A DNA stretch of 64,000 nucleotides from Octopus sinensis. Taxonomy: Eukaryota. How positions within the stretch are numbered: position 1 is the stretch's first letter; every line of letters begins with the position of its first letter. The stretch is from NCBI RefSeq assembly GCF_006345805.1, contig NC_043001.1, positions 47,926,001 through 47,990,000 on the forward strand, given 5' to 3'. Positions 26,471 through 40,230 of the stretch are shown here, in pieces. Below the pieces are notes generated by a model that worked only from the letters and a program-made list of their open reading frames with translations, was not told the origin of the DNA and ran no database searches. The translations under genes were made by a program, and so were the position numbers.

Positions 26471-28862
26471 TTTCTTTTTCATGAACATCAAGTTGTTTAT
26501 TCACCATCCTAATACGTATGTCGCTAGCCGGCAGTATTCAGGCTTCAGAAACGTTCAATGAACTGTGTGTGCGTAGGATGATGTCTTGATATGAAGGTAT
26601 GTACATGGAGTTATCAAAATGCATGTGTGTGTGTGTGTGTAAATGTGCATGGGATATGGGTGGTTTATTTGTAAATGAATGAAATTTGATAGAATTATGC
26701 TCGTCAGCATTTGAAAGGATATTAACCAATCGCTGTCCAGCAATTCAAGTAATCTATTTCTCTAGAATCTTCTATACTGAGACTGAACGTGATGAGGATG
26801 TACGTGTGGAAGGGAATATACAGTTTATATTTCCGCTTCATTTGTCAATTTCCTTTATTTATTTATTATTTTAATCATGCTTTCTATGTCAGCACATACA
26901 TTAATATATACACATATGCATACATATATACAAGCAAACACTCACATATATTCATATATACACATGCATGCATACAGATGCTTACATACACACAGAAATA
27001 TGTGTGTGGGGGGGGCGTGTCTGAGTGTGTGTGTGTGTGTGTGTGTACGCTTATGTGTACAAAAATAAGAAAAAAGCATCGAATAAAATCTATGAAGTTT
27101 ATAATTTTATACGTTAACAGATGTTGATTCATCCCATTGTTATTCTAAGTAGATAACGTGATCCTATTTTTTGCAAATCCGACGATAGATAGATTGTTGG
27201 ACTGCTATTATGTAAGGGACACTACCCACTCAAGTCCTAGGCGGGCAACAAGGAAGGGAAATCAGGATCTGGTTTCCATTAATTTACTTGGTTTGGCTGA
27301 GGATCTTCAGATGCCTGAAAAATTTCCTGGTGTAAGATCCCTTTTAAATGGCAGTTAGAATATGTCCCAAATCTGTTGAGAAGCATTAATAGCTGTTTTA
27401 ATGACTGAAACACAATATTGTAAAATAATGAAATAGAAGGTAGCTCCATGTCATTAAAGGACATGCGAGTCCTTTTCTAGATTATAGGAATGTGGAAGAA
27501 AAATTCTTTTGCTCTTTGATCTAAAAGAATCTTTCAAGTGTCGTTAATGATGGAAGATACCCTTGGACAAATTCACAGTATTTCCCTTCAGTACCACCAA
27601 AAACTTTTATAGATATTCTGTATATGACTATTAGTGGCGGAATCTCGAGTGGATAGACAAATGCATTTCGAAAATTGCAAGTTAGATGCTGAGATAGAGC
27701 TGTATAAATATATATTTACGATTGTTGCGTTAGATCTAGGTAGTGATACTGTCGAGGTAAAAAAAAAAGCCTGATCTAAACGTTGTGTGTATTGAAAAAA
27801 TGATAGTATTTACATATTGATGACATTGGAGAGAGGTAAGGTCCTACTACGGTTAAGAAACTCCTGGTTATGCTTTTAGTTTCATATTATTTCTTGTCCA
27901 TTCTCATATATATGTACAAATAAAAAGTGATGATGACTAAAATAGTTTCCCGTGGATTTGCTGATGCTGTACGCGTAGCGGCGCTATATAAATAATATAA
28001 GATGAATACAAAGAATTTTATGTCCCCAATTAGAAATTTACGTAATTTCTGTTCATGAAAGCAGTACATTTTTGTACATATTGTATAGTTTTTATTTTTT
28101 ACCGCGATTTTATTGAAAAACCTATTGAGAAAGAATCTACCTATTACGCTGTCCCTGAAGTCGTTTATAGATAACGTAGAAGACATCTGAAGAACGAACT
28201 GCAAAACCCACTTCAACGGACATAGCATTAACTATTCATAAGCAACTAATCTATTCGGCTTTAAAACAGTAAATTTCTTACCAAATACACGAGTATCTCA
28301 ACTCTTTAAATTTAACTACATCAAAAGCAACCAGATGATTTCATCATGAAGCTAATAACGTTATCAACGTAAAGCATATACAACGCAGAAGAACCAAAAA
28401 GAAAAACTATTACAAATCTCGAAATCCGGTTTATAAACGTTGCGAAAGTAAATTTGATGTGTACATAAAAACATTTTAAACTCCGTCAAAACGGAAGTAT
28501 GGAATACCACAAAGCGACGAGAGTGGAATAATAGCGATGTTGTAGTTTAGAAATATTTAAAAGCAATCAAACTGCAATCAGTGGAATCTTCAATGTCTAT
28601 TTATATAGTCTTTTATATTATCAATTTGAAAGAAAATTCACCTCTACCAATAATAATTTTGATAGCAGAAATTCCAGTAGCTCAATAAACGTGCTAGAAA
28701 TCGCAACCAAATCCACTTCAAATTATCGCCACTATCTACTTAAAGAAGATATGAAATATTAGCTAACGCTGCTCCACATATCCCTATAACGGCGGGATGG
28801 TCATTGTTGAAGTGTGTTTTTGTAATAAGTCTACTGAATCAGTAATGACTTGGAACTAAATA

Positions 28863-30130
28863 TCAGGTCATTAAGAATAAAAATGCCCGATTTTCATATA
28901 TCCAAGTTTGATAGTCATTAACTCTAATGTTTTATACTGACAATTCTTTGTTTCACAACATTGAAGTGTTACATCATCACTTCTCGAAATGCAATTTATG
29001 GTGTCTGATTATATTGCGAGTTAACTCTTGTAGATTAAGTTTTGTGAACCCATGGATAGATAAAAAATTCGTGTTGTTTATGAATATGAGATCCCTCGTG
29101 GAAGCAATGCATCCCATTCAGCTCGAAACATCAATGAGATGCTTGGTGAAGATGTGGCGAATGAGCACACTGTACGTCGATGGTTTGAGAAGTTCCAATC
29201 TGGTGACTTTACTCTTGAAAATCAACACGGTGGTAGACCTGAGATCACGGTGGATAATGTTGAGCTGGAACCTGTATTGGGAGCTGATACATATCAAATT
29301 ACGCGTGAATTAGCAACAAGGATTGATGTTTCGATTCCAACTATATTGGACCATCTAAAACAAATCGGCAAGTTAAAGAAGCTGGACAAGTGGGTACCAC
29401 ACGAACTGAACGAGCATCAAATGACACGTCGTCTTGAAACTTGCTGTTCTTTGCTGTCGCGGCATAAAATCGAATCAGTTTTGCAATAAAATAGTTACGT
29501 GTGATGAATAATGGATTTTTAACAATAACGAGCATTCTGCACATGGTTAGACAGAGACGAAGTGCCAAAGCTCAATCCAAGAAAGAATATTCACCAAAAT
29601 ATAAAAAAAGCTAATGGTGTCTGTTTGGTGGTTCAGCGCTGGTGTCATCAACTACAGTTTCATGAGACCCGGTAATTCAACTACAGCGGATGTATACATC
29701 AACCAAATGCATGAAATGATGAGTGAATTGTAATTGAACAATCGAGATTGGTCAATAGAGACAGGCCAATTCTCTCGCTCGACCATATGTTGCACAAATA
29801 ACGCTACTCAAGTTACAGGAACTGAACTTGGAAGTACTCTGTTATCCAGGCCTTGCACCAACTGATAATCATCTTTTCCAGGCATTAGACAATTTTTTGC
29901 AAGAAGAAAAATCTTTAAATCTGAAAAAGATGCAAAAACAGCCTTTCATTATTTCATTACCTCTTGCTCTACAGAATTCTTCGCTGACTGCATAAATAAG
30001 CTACTGATAAAATGGTAAAATTGTATTGATAATTTAGGTATATTCTTTGATTGACTGCATTTCTTTTTGCTGAGATAAAGAAAAATAAACTTTCAGTTCA
30101 AAATCGGACATTTCATTCTTAATGACCTGA
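28863..30130 (+). mobile_element. Full-span mariner (DD34D) transposon, decayed
   Basis: TA-flanked TIRs TCAGGTCATTAAGAAT at both ends; WFEKFQSGDF, WVPHEL and KLMVSVWW motifs; multiple stops. Confidence 0.9.
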
Positions 30131-31227
30131 TAAAAACAATTTCATTTCAACAACTGAGCGGCTACATGGTGATATGATATACTAGAAGTAGTAGGTACAG
30201 GTTTCGGAAATTATTTCCTGTTGTCTTACAAAAACAAATAATATATTGGATAATCTTTACTTAGATGCAGTTTGCTTAAAAGATAAGGACGGGATTGTCA
30301 CGGCTAGAACGCTTTCGAAAGCAGATGAGTTTAATCAGGACTGACCTGGAGCTAAATACAAATAATAGCAGCAATGATGAAATAATATTATATGTCATGG
30401 AACGTTTACTACGATAGATTAACGATTTGTTCGGTTTTAGTTTTGGTAACTACGATGATACCGTGAGTCGACGAAAAAAGCGTGATCACAATCTGATATA
30501 GTACCAAAATGTCCCTCAACATGCACTCCACAGTCTTTAAAAATTATACAATGAATTATATCGTCCGAGATACAATATATTTGGGGAAAAAAGGTATGAT
30601 CATAGCTGGATTGACTTTAACAATATATCTAATTAATCAGGAACAGGTTGGGGCAAAGCCTTAACAACGACGATCACGACAAAGATGATGAAGTTAGAGT
30701 ATGTAAGTTAGTAAGACTGCGTATCCTAAGCAGGTGAAGAACAAAATTCCATACTATATATCGATGTTTCTTGACCTTACATCCTTTATTTCCTGCCTAC
30801 ATTACATATTCACCGTCCCGCTTTCAGTTACACCTAAAATCAGAAGAAAGTGTACGTCTAGTGTACTCACATTTTATTACATAACATTAACAGCCTTATA
30901 TTCATTTAACATTAGCGTTGCTAAAATCAACATTACAAAAAATAACTTTACTTAAAAGCAATTTTCCCCTTGAAAATCCCAAATGTCTCCCTGGAATCAT
31001 TAACATTTTCCATTGGGGTGGGAGAAGGTTCCTTTAAAGTTGAGAATAGCTGTTCTAGATTTAAAACTCAAAGGAGACGATAGTTTACTTTCTCGTGCCA
31101 TTACCATTTGAAAGAGTTCTCTTTTAAAACGACAGTTAACGAGAAATATTACTCACCTGAATTTGAATATATATAATCGAACTTAGACGATGAAAAATAC
31201 TACTCGTGTCGAAATCTGAACTAGAAA

Positions 31228-32122
31228 TTATTGTCTACAGTAATCCCTCGACTATCGCGGGTATTACGTACCAAATTCCAGCGCGATAAATGAAAATCCA
31301 GGAAATAGAAACAGGCTTTACTGTATATTTTTAAAATTATTTTTATAATTTGTATATATTTATCTATAATACATTAAAAGTGCAATCTTGCTTGCTTGTA
31401 ATGTTACACAGCCAAACTGGTGCATAATGGGAAAATACTTTGAAAGTAAAATGCCCCTTAGATGTGAATACGAACGGAATAAAACAAGTTTCGCATAAAT
31501 CGGAGGAGTAGTTATTGAGACATTCGGGCTTGTGGGGTATAAATAGCCAAAACGGTGCATAATGGGAAAATATTCCGAAAATAACTTAACCTTGAAGAGG
31601 AAGAAACTCTATCCTTTCCGTTAGACATATTATGGTGGGTAAAATAATTTTTAGTGAAAATTACTTAAAAAATATTTCGTAAAAGAACCGTTCGTAACCT
31701 CGGTGTAAAATAGTTTTTCTTTTTTCCATTGATTTCTTTTGAGTGCATTCAACGTATCTCATCTCCAAAGATTTGGCGGCTATTTCTAGCACGCCATGCC
31801 ACCACGTAACAGCCATTTTAGATAATGGACCCGAAATACCTGTTACGTGGTAGCAAGCAAATCTTTCTTTTCTGGGGAAAGGAGTTCGTTTATGTGTGAT
31901 TTCGATGTCACATTCGTTGAAGGCATGCGAAATAACATGGAAAAGAAAAAAAACCCACGAAACAAAACTCCATTGCTAGGAAACTCAGACATTCCCCGGT
32001 GATCCAACGGGTCGCGGGTAGTCTAGTTTTAGTATAAATGGAATACAACACCACGGAGGAATCGACGTAAAATTAAATAATAAACCGCGATAGGTAAACC
32101 GTGATATGGCGAGGAGTTACTA
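31228..32122. mobile_element. pogo/Tigger-type MITE interrupted by a Helitron
   Basis: TA|CAGTAATCCCTCGACTATCGCGG left end; inverted CCGTGATATGGCGAGGAGTTACTA|TA right end. Confidence 0.65.
31363..32026 (+). mobile_element. Non-autonomous Helitron
   Basis: Starts A|TCTATAATACATTAAAAG, ends with GC hairpin CCCGGTGATCC-AAC-GGGTCGCGGG then CTAG|T; AT target, no TSD; internal ~35-bp direct repeat. Confidence 0.7.
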
Positions 32123-33959
32123 TATATTTAAGACTCTAACCATCCACTCATACAAAATTATAAACAATATAGTTAATAATGTGAGCGGATAAAAGTGTAA
32201 TATACCTTCTGATATAAAGACAATTAATTGCGTGCCAGTAATCTCAATATGATTACTTAATGTAAGAAACTGGAGTTAAATCTCCCACGAATCATACACT
32301 CTCGTTTTTAAAAAAAATGAATGAAGATGGTTCATGTCTGAAAATATGTCAGCACTAGATCTGTTGGAACTCTTTTGGTCATATATTTGCTTGATCAAAA
32401 ATAGAAACATTTACAACGACAGGTAAACGAGGAAGCTTCGATCAGCTAAAAGTAGCGGCCAAATCCTCAACTCAGATACTACCGCCTTTAAAAAGAAACT
32501 AAATATTCGAAATATTCAGTCTTGGATTCACTATATTTGAAAACAAGAACAGCATGAACATTATTGCATCTCGTCTCGAAAGAGATTTGCATTATCAGGT
32601 CTGACCTGAGGCTAAGAATTAAACAACATCGTTGGCTAACGGAGTATTTATTACACATTATTAAATTAGTGGTGTATTGTTTTTGTTTCAATACTAAACT
32701 ATACAACAAAATGTATCTATATATTTTTAACCAACACTATATGAAATAAATGTATATAACACACATCTTTTCTTTATATAAAATTAAAGAATCGATGCGG
32801 AAAAGTTTTAAATTTGTGTCGAAATTTCATCTGCAGAAACAAGTTTTTGAAATATTGATGTTGTTCAACTGACATGATCTCCACTAAAACAGACATTACC
32901 AATTTAAAAAGGAAAGGACATATTAGATAAGGTTGTCTTTAATGTTCCCCAAAAGTTAGTGTGGACTCGAGTAGATCGCTTTTGATTATATATCGCATTT
33001 AAGACTCTAACCGCCCTCTCATTTAAAATTATAAAAAATTTAGTTAATAACCTAAGCGAGGAATTACTGCTTAGAAACTCACAGTTAATAAGTGCTTAAA
33101 TAAATTACATAAACCAATTTGCATATATAATGTATTCTTGGGAGTAAGATTGATCAACAGAAATGCATAAGAAAAATATTTAACACACCCATAATAGATT
33201 AACGAACTAGCTGCTAAGAATGTCATATAATATACGCATGGCCAATCTATTTTACACAATGGTTAGCATGAATCTAATCACCAACAAGTCATTGTTGGTG
33301 AGTCAATTCGGTAGCCTTTGATCAGGGTCTCGTTGAGCTAGGAGAATGATTGCTGAAATATTATGATGCTCCTGAACAGCCATAATAACCACAAATCCCA
33401 TCGTTCCATCTTAAAGAAAATGAAAGAGTATGTTAAATTATATTTTTCCACATATCCCAAATAAATCTGTGTGGCCATGATTGAAGTCTTTGATTACATA
33501 TCATATATAAAACTCTAATCATCCTTTCACCTGAAACAATTAAAGATTTAGTTAACAACATGAAATAAATGTGTAATAAATCGTCAGATATGAATAATTG
33601 CCTGACTTACTAACTACTTGTCAATAAGGTAACGTCCACGTAGTTGATCAATCTGCTAGAAACTGGAGCCAAATGCCCCTAAAGTCACGCATTATCGTAT
33701 TAGATAAGAAAGAAACACTGGATAATGATAGTTAGAGATGCAGTACGTCTGAATATAAAGAGAGATCGGCCGCGATTAACCCGAAGCTACATAACAACAG
33801 CAATTCACAGTTAAGCAGAATCGTAATTTCAGGAATTCTTGAAATTACGTTGTTCATAACATCGTCAATTAAAGAATGTTTCCCAGCAAGGAACAAATAA
33901 TATGAGCTCATGATTTTGATAACATAGTATACATACTGGAGAAGAGAAATTTGTCATAC

Positions 33960-34215
33960 AGGAGAAGAGAAATTTGAAAAGTGAGCATTCATTTGAGAAT
34001 GAAATTAAAATGGCGCCCGAGAACATCAGCTCCTGTTGCACAATAAATATCGGTAATATAATAAAAAGCAAACTCTGATGATGTATCGAGAACATCATAC
34101 AGGGAAGAGAATGTAATTTCGAGAAGCAGGCAAATTGTTCACTTTTATGGCAAATGCCTAAATCAATCGTCTACAGAGCTAAAGTCACATCTCAAGAGAA
34201 TAACGAAACTCGAAC
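33960..34215 (+). mobile_element. Penelope-like fragment (linker and start of GIY-YIG)
   Basis: ISSCCTINIGNIIKS...ECNF...KSIVYRAKVTSQENNETRT resembles the ISYSC..N/CNC/SIVY.A.VT region of these elements. Confidence 0.55.
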
Positions 34216-34574
34216 AAAATTAGATCGGTATAATAACACACAAATACATAGGCACAGATGCGAATACGAATATCACATATTCATTGCTACGCAAACGTAT
34301 ACCAGCATACGAACAGACACGTATATTTCTTATATTGTGATCATTACCAAGAAATTGTGCCTCACGTTTCAAATGCTGATTTTCATTAACTATAAATATA
34401 AATGCACACGTATGCACAAACACATACCATGCCACACAAACAAACACACACATACATACACATATAAATACATACGTACATACATATATACATATATACA
34501 CTCATAAATACATATACATGTATACATATATATACACATACATACACATATGTGTCAGTGTCCCTATATATATG

Positions 34575-36085
34575 TATATTGGAAAGAATTCACAAAAAAA
34601 AACAAAAGACAGGTGGTGTTGACAACAAACAGATGTATTAGTTTAACGCTCGGGAAGTGAAAAAGTTTTTAACGTTTCGAGCCTACGCTCTTCCACAGGA
34701 AGGAACACAGAAAGAAATAAGGAGAGAAAATAAAGAATGTGTAGTGGCTAGCGATCTATCAAGGCGAATGCCGGTCAGAGGGGCCACACAGGAGAGCCAG
34801 GAAGAAGGAGAGATAATAAAGTAGTGGTGATCCTGAAACAAAGGTACGCGTGCGTGTGTATAAGAGAGCATGTATGTACGTATGGAAGAGGGCTGGTGAC
34901 CTTGACGTGTGCGTGTGTGTCTATGTGTGTCGATGATGGTGTGGGGCTGGGAAGTGGTCAGTGCTAGTGTGTGCGTGGTGGTGTGATGTGATGTGGTGTT
35001 GTGTGGTATGGTGGTGTATGGTGTAGTAGTGTGTGGTGTTGTGGTGTTGGAATGTAGGGGAAGCGAGAGTGGGGAAAGCAAGGTTGTGGTTTGTTTTAGG
35101 CTGAGGGTGGAGATAGAGGTGGGATATGTGGGAGTGGATGTAAGGGATGGGGTGGGGTTGAGATGAGATAGATAGAGAAGGTGGGGTTACGAGGAAGGGG
35201 TGGCGATTAAGGGAGAGGAGGAGAAGGTGGGTAGGAGTGAAGAGACGAGAGAAAGCGAGTAGGAGTGAAGAGACGAGAGAAAGCGAGTAGGAGTGAAGAG
35301 ACGAGAGAAAGGTAGTAGGAGTGAAGAGAAGTAGGAGTCGAAGCAAGAGAGGAGAGGTGGGTGGGAGGAAGTAGGTGTGAGAGAGAGGAGAGAGGAGGAG
35401 GGTTAGATGAAGAGGGGAGGAGAGTTGAGTCCATGTGGTGCAAAGGAGCGAAGAGAGCAGATTAATCCCTGTTCACGGCGAAAACGGATGGCCCCTGTGC
35501 AAGGACAACCCGAACTCAGAGAGGTGTTTCAAAGAGTGACCGCTAAAGCGGAAATGGCGTAAGACCGGGGTATCATTGCCAAGTCAGATGTCTCGGAGGT
35601 GTTCTGCAAACAGGTCAGCCAAGCGGAGTCCCGTTTGCCCGATGTATAGAGAAGGGCAGAGAGTGCAGGAAATGCAGTAGATGACATTGGTAGAAGTGCA
35701 GGTGAAGGAGTTGGTGATAAGATAAGGTCGATGATGGGTGCCTATGAGGAGGGTGGTGTTGAAGAGGTAAGGGCAAGTGCGACAGCGTAGGCAGGAGTAG
35801 GGGAACGAGGCGGGTTGGCAAGATGAGTTAGAGAGGAAGCTGTAGACCAAGAAATCTTATAGGTTGTGGGCTCATTTGAAGGAGGGGAGGGGTCGGTTAG
35901 GAAAGATGTGCGAAGTGGAAGGGTCGGACTGGATTCGCCGGAAGGTTCGGAGAATGGTGCGTTGGAGAGGGTGGTAGGGTGGTGGCATGGTAGGTTAGGG
36001 GAAACGGGAGATGGCAGACGGCGAGGCGGATGCTGGGGAGAGAGCAGATGCACTGTCCACGGAACGTGCTCTGGCAAGATCGGTA
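34575..36085 (-). mobile_element. 5'-truncated Penelope-like element (Cys-rich linker, GIY-YIG) with low-complexity tail and decayed hammerhead end
   Basis: CRTCPYLFNTT...FTCTSTNVIYCISCTLCPSLYIGQTGLRLADLFAEHLRDI at 35584-35850, continued by RLGNDTPVLRHF; GAGC-GTAG-GCTC-GAAACGTT at about 34672-34692. Confidence 0.85.
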
Positions 36086-36189
36086 TGGATAGAGGTGAGG
36101 GATATATATATATATTTATATTTATATATTCCTACATACATGCATACATACATACATACATACATACATACATACATACAAACATACAT

Positions 36190-36495
36190 ACATATATCAC
36201 AGTGATCACCATGACCGACCAGGCTATCAGATGTTGTTAAACATCGCTGGTCACAATGCGCTTCGCATTGTTTTAACCTTCAAATGACGCCACCCCGCTG
36301 GCTAAGCGAGCAGGCCAACAGTAGAAAGAGTGAGAGAAAGTTGTGGCGAAAGAGTACAGCAGGGATCGCCACGACCCCCTGCCACAGCCTTGTGGAGCTT
36401 TAGGTGTTTTCGCTCAATAAACACTCACAACGCCCGGTCTGGGAATCGAAACCGCGATCCTACGACCCTAACATTATATATAGTCCGCTGCCCTA
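36190..36495 (-). mobile_element. SINE family C
   Basis: GTTAGGGCAGCGGAC...ATCGCGGTTTCGATTCCCAGACCGGGCG. Confidence 0.85.
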
Positions 36496-36541
36496 ACAAC
36501 TATATTATATATATTATAACCACTAATAATAGATATTGTAG

Positions 36542-36786
36542 AAAAGATCTTGGAGAAGGCCAAAACAATGCGAATTAAATGAAAGATAAATCGCAAGAAA
36601 ATAAATATGTGAATTAAGGTAGACTTATCTTGTATTCAATATTTCGGGGTTATTGACGTCAATTTCTTGAGGTCATAATCCTGAAATATTGAATATAAGG
36701 TAAGTCTACATTAATTCACATATTTGTTTCCTTGCGATTTATCTTTAATTTAATTCGCATTGTTTTGGCTTTACCCACGATCTTTT
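36542..36786. repeat. AT-rich foldback palindrome (~115-bp arms)
   Basis: AAAACAATGCGAATTAAAT... mirrored by ...ATTTAATTCGCATTGTTTT. Confidence 0.9.
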
Positions 36787-36848
36787 ATATATAATATATT
36801 CTATACAATGCTTCACAGTAATTATTCCATTATGATTTATATATATAT

Positions 36849-36887
<39 letters not shown>

Positions 36888-36910
36888 TGATATATATATA
36901 TATATATATG

Positions 36911-36962
<52 letters not shown>

Positions 36963-36965
36963 ATG

Positions 36966-37004
<39 letters not shown>

Positions 37005-37090
37005 TTGTAAATGTAATATGTGACAATAAATTCCTCTATTTACATAATATCGAAGTCTCTTTCATTCTTATATTATCTTACCATTTGTAT

Positions 37091-37166
<76 letters not shown>

Positions 37167-37169
37167 ATA

Positions 37170-37513
37170 GGTGAATGAATTATCCTATGTTTATTGTCAG
37201 CATGGAAAACTCGTTTAGCCGAAACCTGGGTAGCAAATTCACGTTAGAAACACGGTTGAAGTGACCTGTCCAAGGGTAGAAACTCCGGGTTCATGTGCAG
37301 AAATTTGTGTGTTGTATATGAATAAATGAAAGAATGGAGTCGAACGAAGATGTTAACGAAATTCCTTTACTCTCGACATATGTTTCGAAGACAACATGGT
37401 TTCATTCCAAAGGAACAAAGGGTGCATTATGCAATCTTCTCATCAGGAAAGAAAGGGAGCCTCTCTCGACAACAAGACAAACAAAAATTTCGATGACTGC
37501 CTACATGGTAAAG

Positions 37514-37520
<7 letters not shown>
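37170..37520 (-). mobile_element. Non-coding repeat fragment hosting the intact hammerhead, probably a Penelope-like terminal region
   Basis: Bounded by (TA)n tracts, GC-richer than its flanks, contains the hammerhead. Confidence 0.4.
37363..37458 (-). ncRNA. Type I hammerhead ribozyme with intact core
   Basis: Minus strand UCCCUUUCUUUC-CUGAUGA-GAAGA-(43 nt)-UCUUC-GAAA-CAUAUG-UC/GAGAGUAAAGGA; all core nucleotides present, stem II 5 bp, stem I 10 of 12 paired, GUC cleavage triplet. Confidence 0.8.
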
Positions 37521-37588
<68 letters not shown>

Positions 37589-37759
37589 TGCTTTTAATAT
37601 TCTGGCGTAGGCAGTGACGATGATGAAAATACAAATGAAAGATATAAAATTCCTTATGATAATAAAATTTCAAAAACAGCATTTAAAGAACGACAAAAGT
37701 AAACGTTTGAAACTGCATGTGTAGAGTAAAGATAAATTGACACAGAGGACGATATATCA

Positions 37760-37820
<61 letters not shown>

Positions 37821-37831
37821 CAGACAGACAT

Positions 37832-37862
<31 letters not shown>

Positions 37863-39364
37863 CATACATACATACATACATACATACATACATACATACA
37901 TACATACATACATACATACATGCATACGTAATACATACATATCGTATATATACATATACGTATGTAGATAAACTGATAGACGCTAGATTTATGGATGTAT
38001 CTTCTTGTGCAACTGCGTGTGCAAGTGTGTATTTTGTGTGTGTGTGTATGCGCGCGGATGTGTATCTGTCGTAGATGTAAACATCAACGAAAAACCAATG
38101 CTGCTCTGTACCCTTTCAACAGACACTCCCTTATTACTCTAGTCCCCTGAAATGCAGTGAGCCGGCGATTGACTTGATGGAAACCTAAAATGAACGACGC
38201 TAATATTCACCAATACTGATCAAATATTAAAAAGGAAAAGATATAATAATAAATAAAATAAGAGAACACATGAAGCCAGGGATATTCCTGCGTAGTAATT
38301 TCACGTGGATAGCAGTGAAAGGGTCTGAAAATGGTGTGATAATGATGATTTCAAGTCGACAACTAATGATGTTGTATCCTGCAGCGAAAGCTGTTATATA
38401 GTTAATCTGTTAAATATAGTTAATCAATACACGGCTGAAACACAATGCGTTGGCAAAATCGCTTAAGTGTCCGACCATATATCTTGCAATATTTGTTGTA
38501 GCTCTTTATTTTCTGAGTTCAACTATCATGTAGATCGACTTTGTTTATCATCCTTCCGAGCTCGATTACACTATACAGCAAAATTTGTGGATTTCCTTTT
38601 CTTTTAGTCTTTTGACAGTGTTATTTTCTATTTGTTTCTATCTAGAAATCAAAGGAAATTACTATTTCCTCCAAACTTTGCTTTTGTGACTTGGTCATTA
38701 ATGTTTGGAAACTGACCTATTTTCCATTATACTTCAAACAGATACAGCGCTGACTTGCTGAAGCAGAAATATCGTTATTGTAAATATTCTGTTCAATAAT
38801 ATCATTAGCTTGGCATTAACGACTTGAACAAGTCCCTTGGGGGCTGACAATACGAGTATCTCTGATCAGGAGCAGGAGTAATGGGAGAGCATTATAGCCA
38901 TGTGTTTAGAGGGATTCTTTGGGGTTTCAGTAGATGTAAGGAAAGCAAGGTTTCAAGAAAATATTAGCTATTTTTCATACTTTCTAGGAGTAAGCGAATA
39001 GGAAATCACTATTGCTAACCATGGACAAATATCATGTTACACAGTGTTACATGAAGTATCAATCAAATACTAGGTCCAGGTTTATCCATTGCTATTTACG
39101 TTCTAAGTTCAATTATCACCAAGGTCGAATTTACTTTTCTTCCTTCAAAAATCAATAAAGTAAACTATCAATCAAGTATTTTAGTCCATTGCGGATCTGT
39201 GTCAACATGCAATGGGATATCACGATACAGTAAACATAAAAGCCTTGCCAAAAACCTTGGGCCTCCGACGACAGTTGAAATGAGACATTTGGAATACATC
39301 GTTGTCACATACATATTGGATATCAAGGTAACATTTCGTATTATGGCATACATAAGATGACAAG

Positions 39365-40230
39365 CTAAAAGAATATTTAGCAGCATTTCGTCCCTCTTTA
39401 CGATCTGAATTCAAAGTCCGCAGAGGTCGACTTTGCCTTTCATCCTTTCGCAGTCGATAAAATAAGTACACGATGAGCATTGAAGTCGATGTAATCGACT
39501 TAAACTCACCCTCAGAATTGAAGTCAATTTTATTGCAAACACATAAAGAGGCAAGCTAGCAGAACAATTAGCACACCGGAAAAAATGCTTAGCAGGATTT
39601 CGTCTTGTCTTTAAAATCTAAGTTCTAATTCCGCCGAGGTCGACTCTGCCTTTCATCTACTTTAAGTCGATAAAATAAATACTAGTCAAGTACTGTAGAT
39701 AATGTAATCGACTTCAAAATTCCTTCAAAGACAAACAAAATCTGCTGGCCCTGTGTCAAAATTTAAAACCATTTTTGGAAACATATAGGCATTCTGTCAT
39801 TTAGCAACACATTCAGTTTGTTAAATACTGCATAATGAGGTGGCGGGCAGGCAGAATCTTTAGAGTGTCAGAAAATATGCTTAGCGGCTTCTCTTCCGAC
39901 ACTTTACACCCTGAATTCAAATGGTGTCTATGTCAACTTAACTTTTCATCACACCGGTATCAATAAATTAAATAGCAGTCAAGCACGGGTTCAATGTAAA
40001 CCACTAGTCTCTCCCTCTGAATTTCAGGTCTTTTGCCTATAATAGTGAGGATTATATACTGCACAAGACGGAGAACTGCCAGAATCGTTAGAACATAAGA
40101 TAAATTCTTAACGTCATTTCTTCCGGGTCTTTACCTTCTGAGTTCAAATCCCACCGAGATCAACTGTGATTTTCATCCGTTTGGGGTCGATAAAATAAAC
40201 TACTGATCAAGTGATGGGGCTGATACAATT
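39365..40230 (+). mobile_element. Four tandem SINE family A copies
   Basis: Repeated TTAGC.GCATTTCG...GAATTCAAA...GAGGTCGAC...GTCGATAAAATAA cores. Confidence 0.85.

Noticed and set aside
31157-38145. Other minus-strand exon-like segments (about 38111-38145, 32541-32620, 31157-31215)
   Set aside because: They allow alternative in-frame chains with no way to choose between them, which shows the false-positive rate of manual exon calling.
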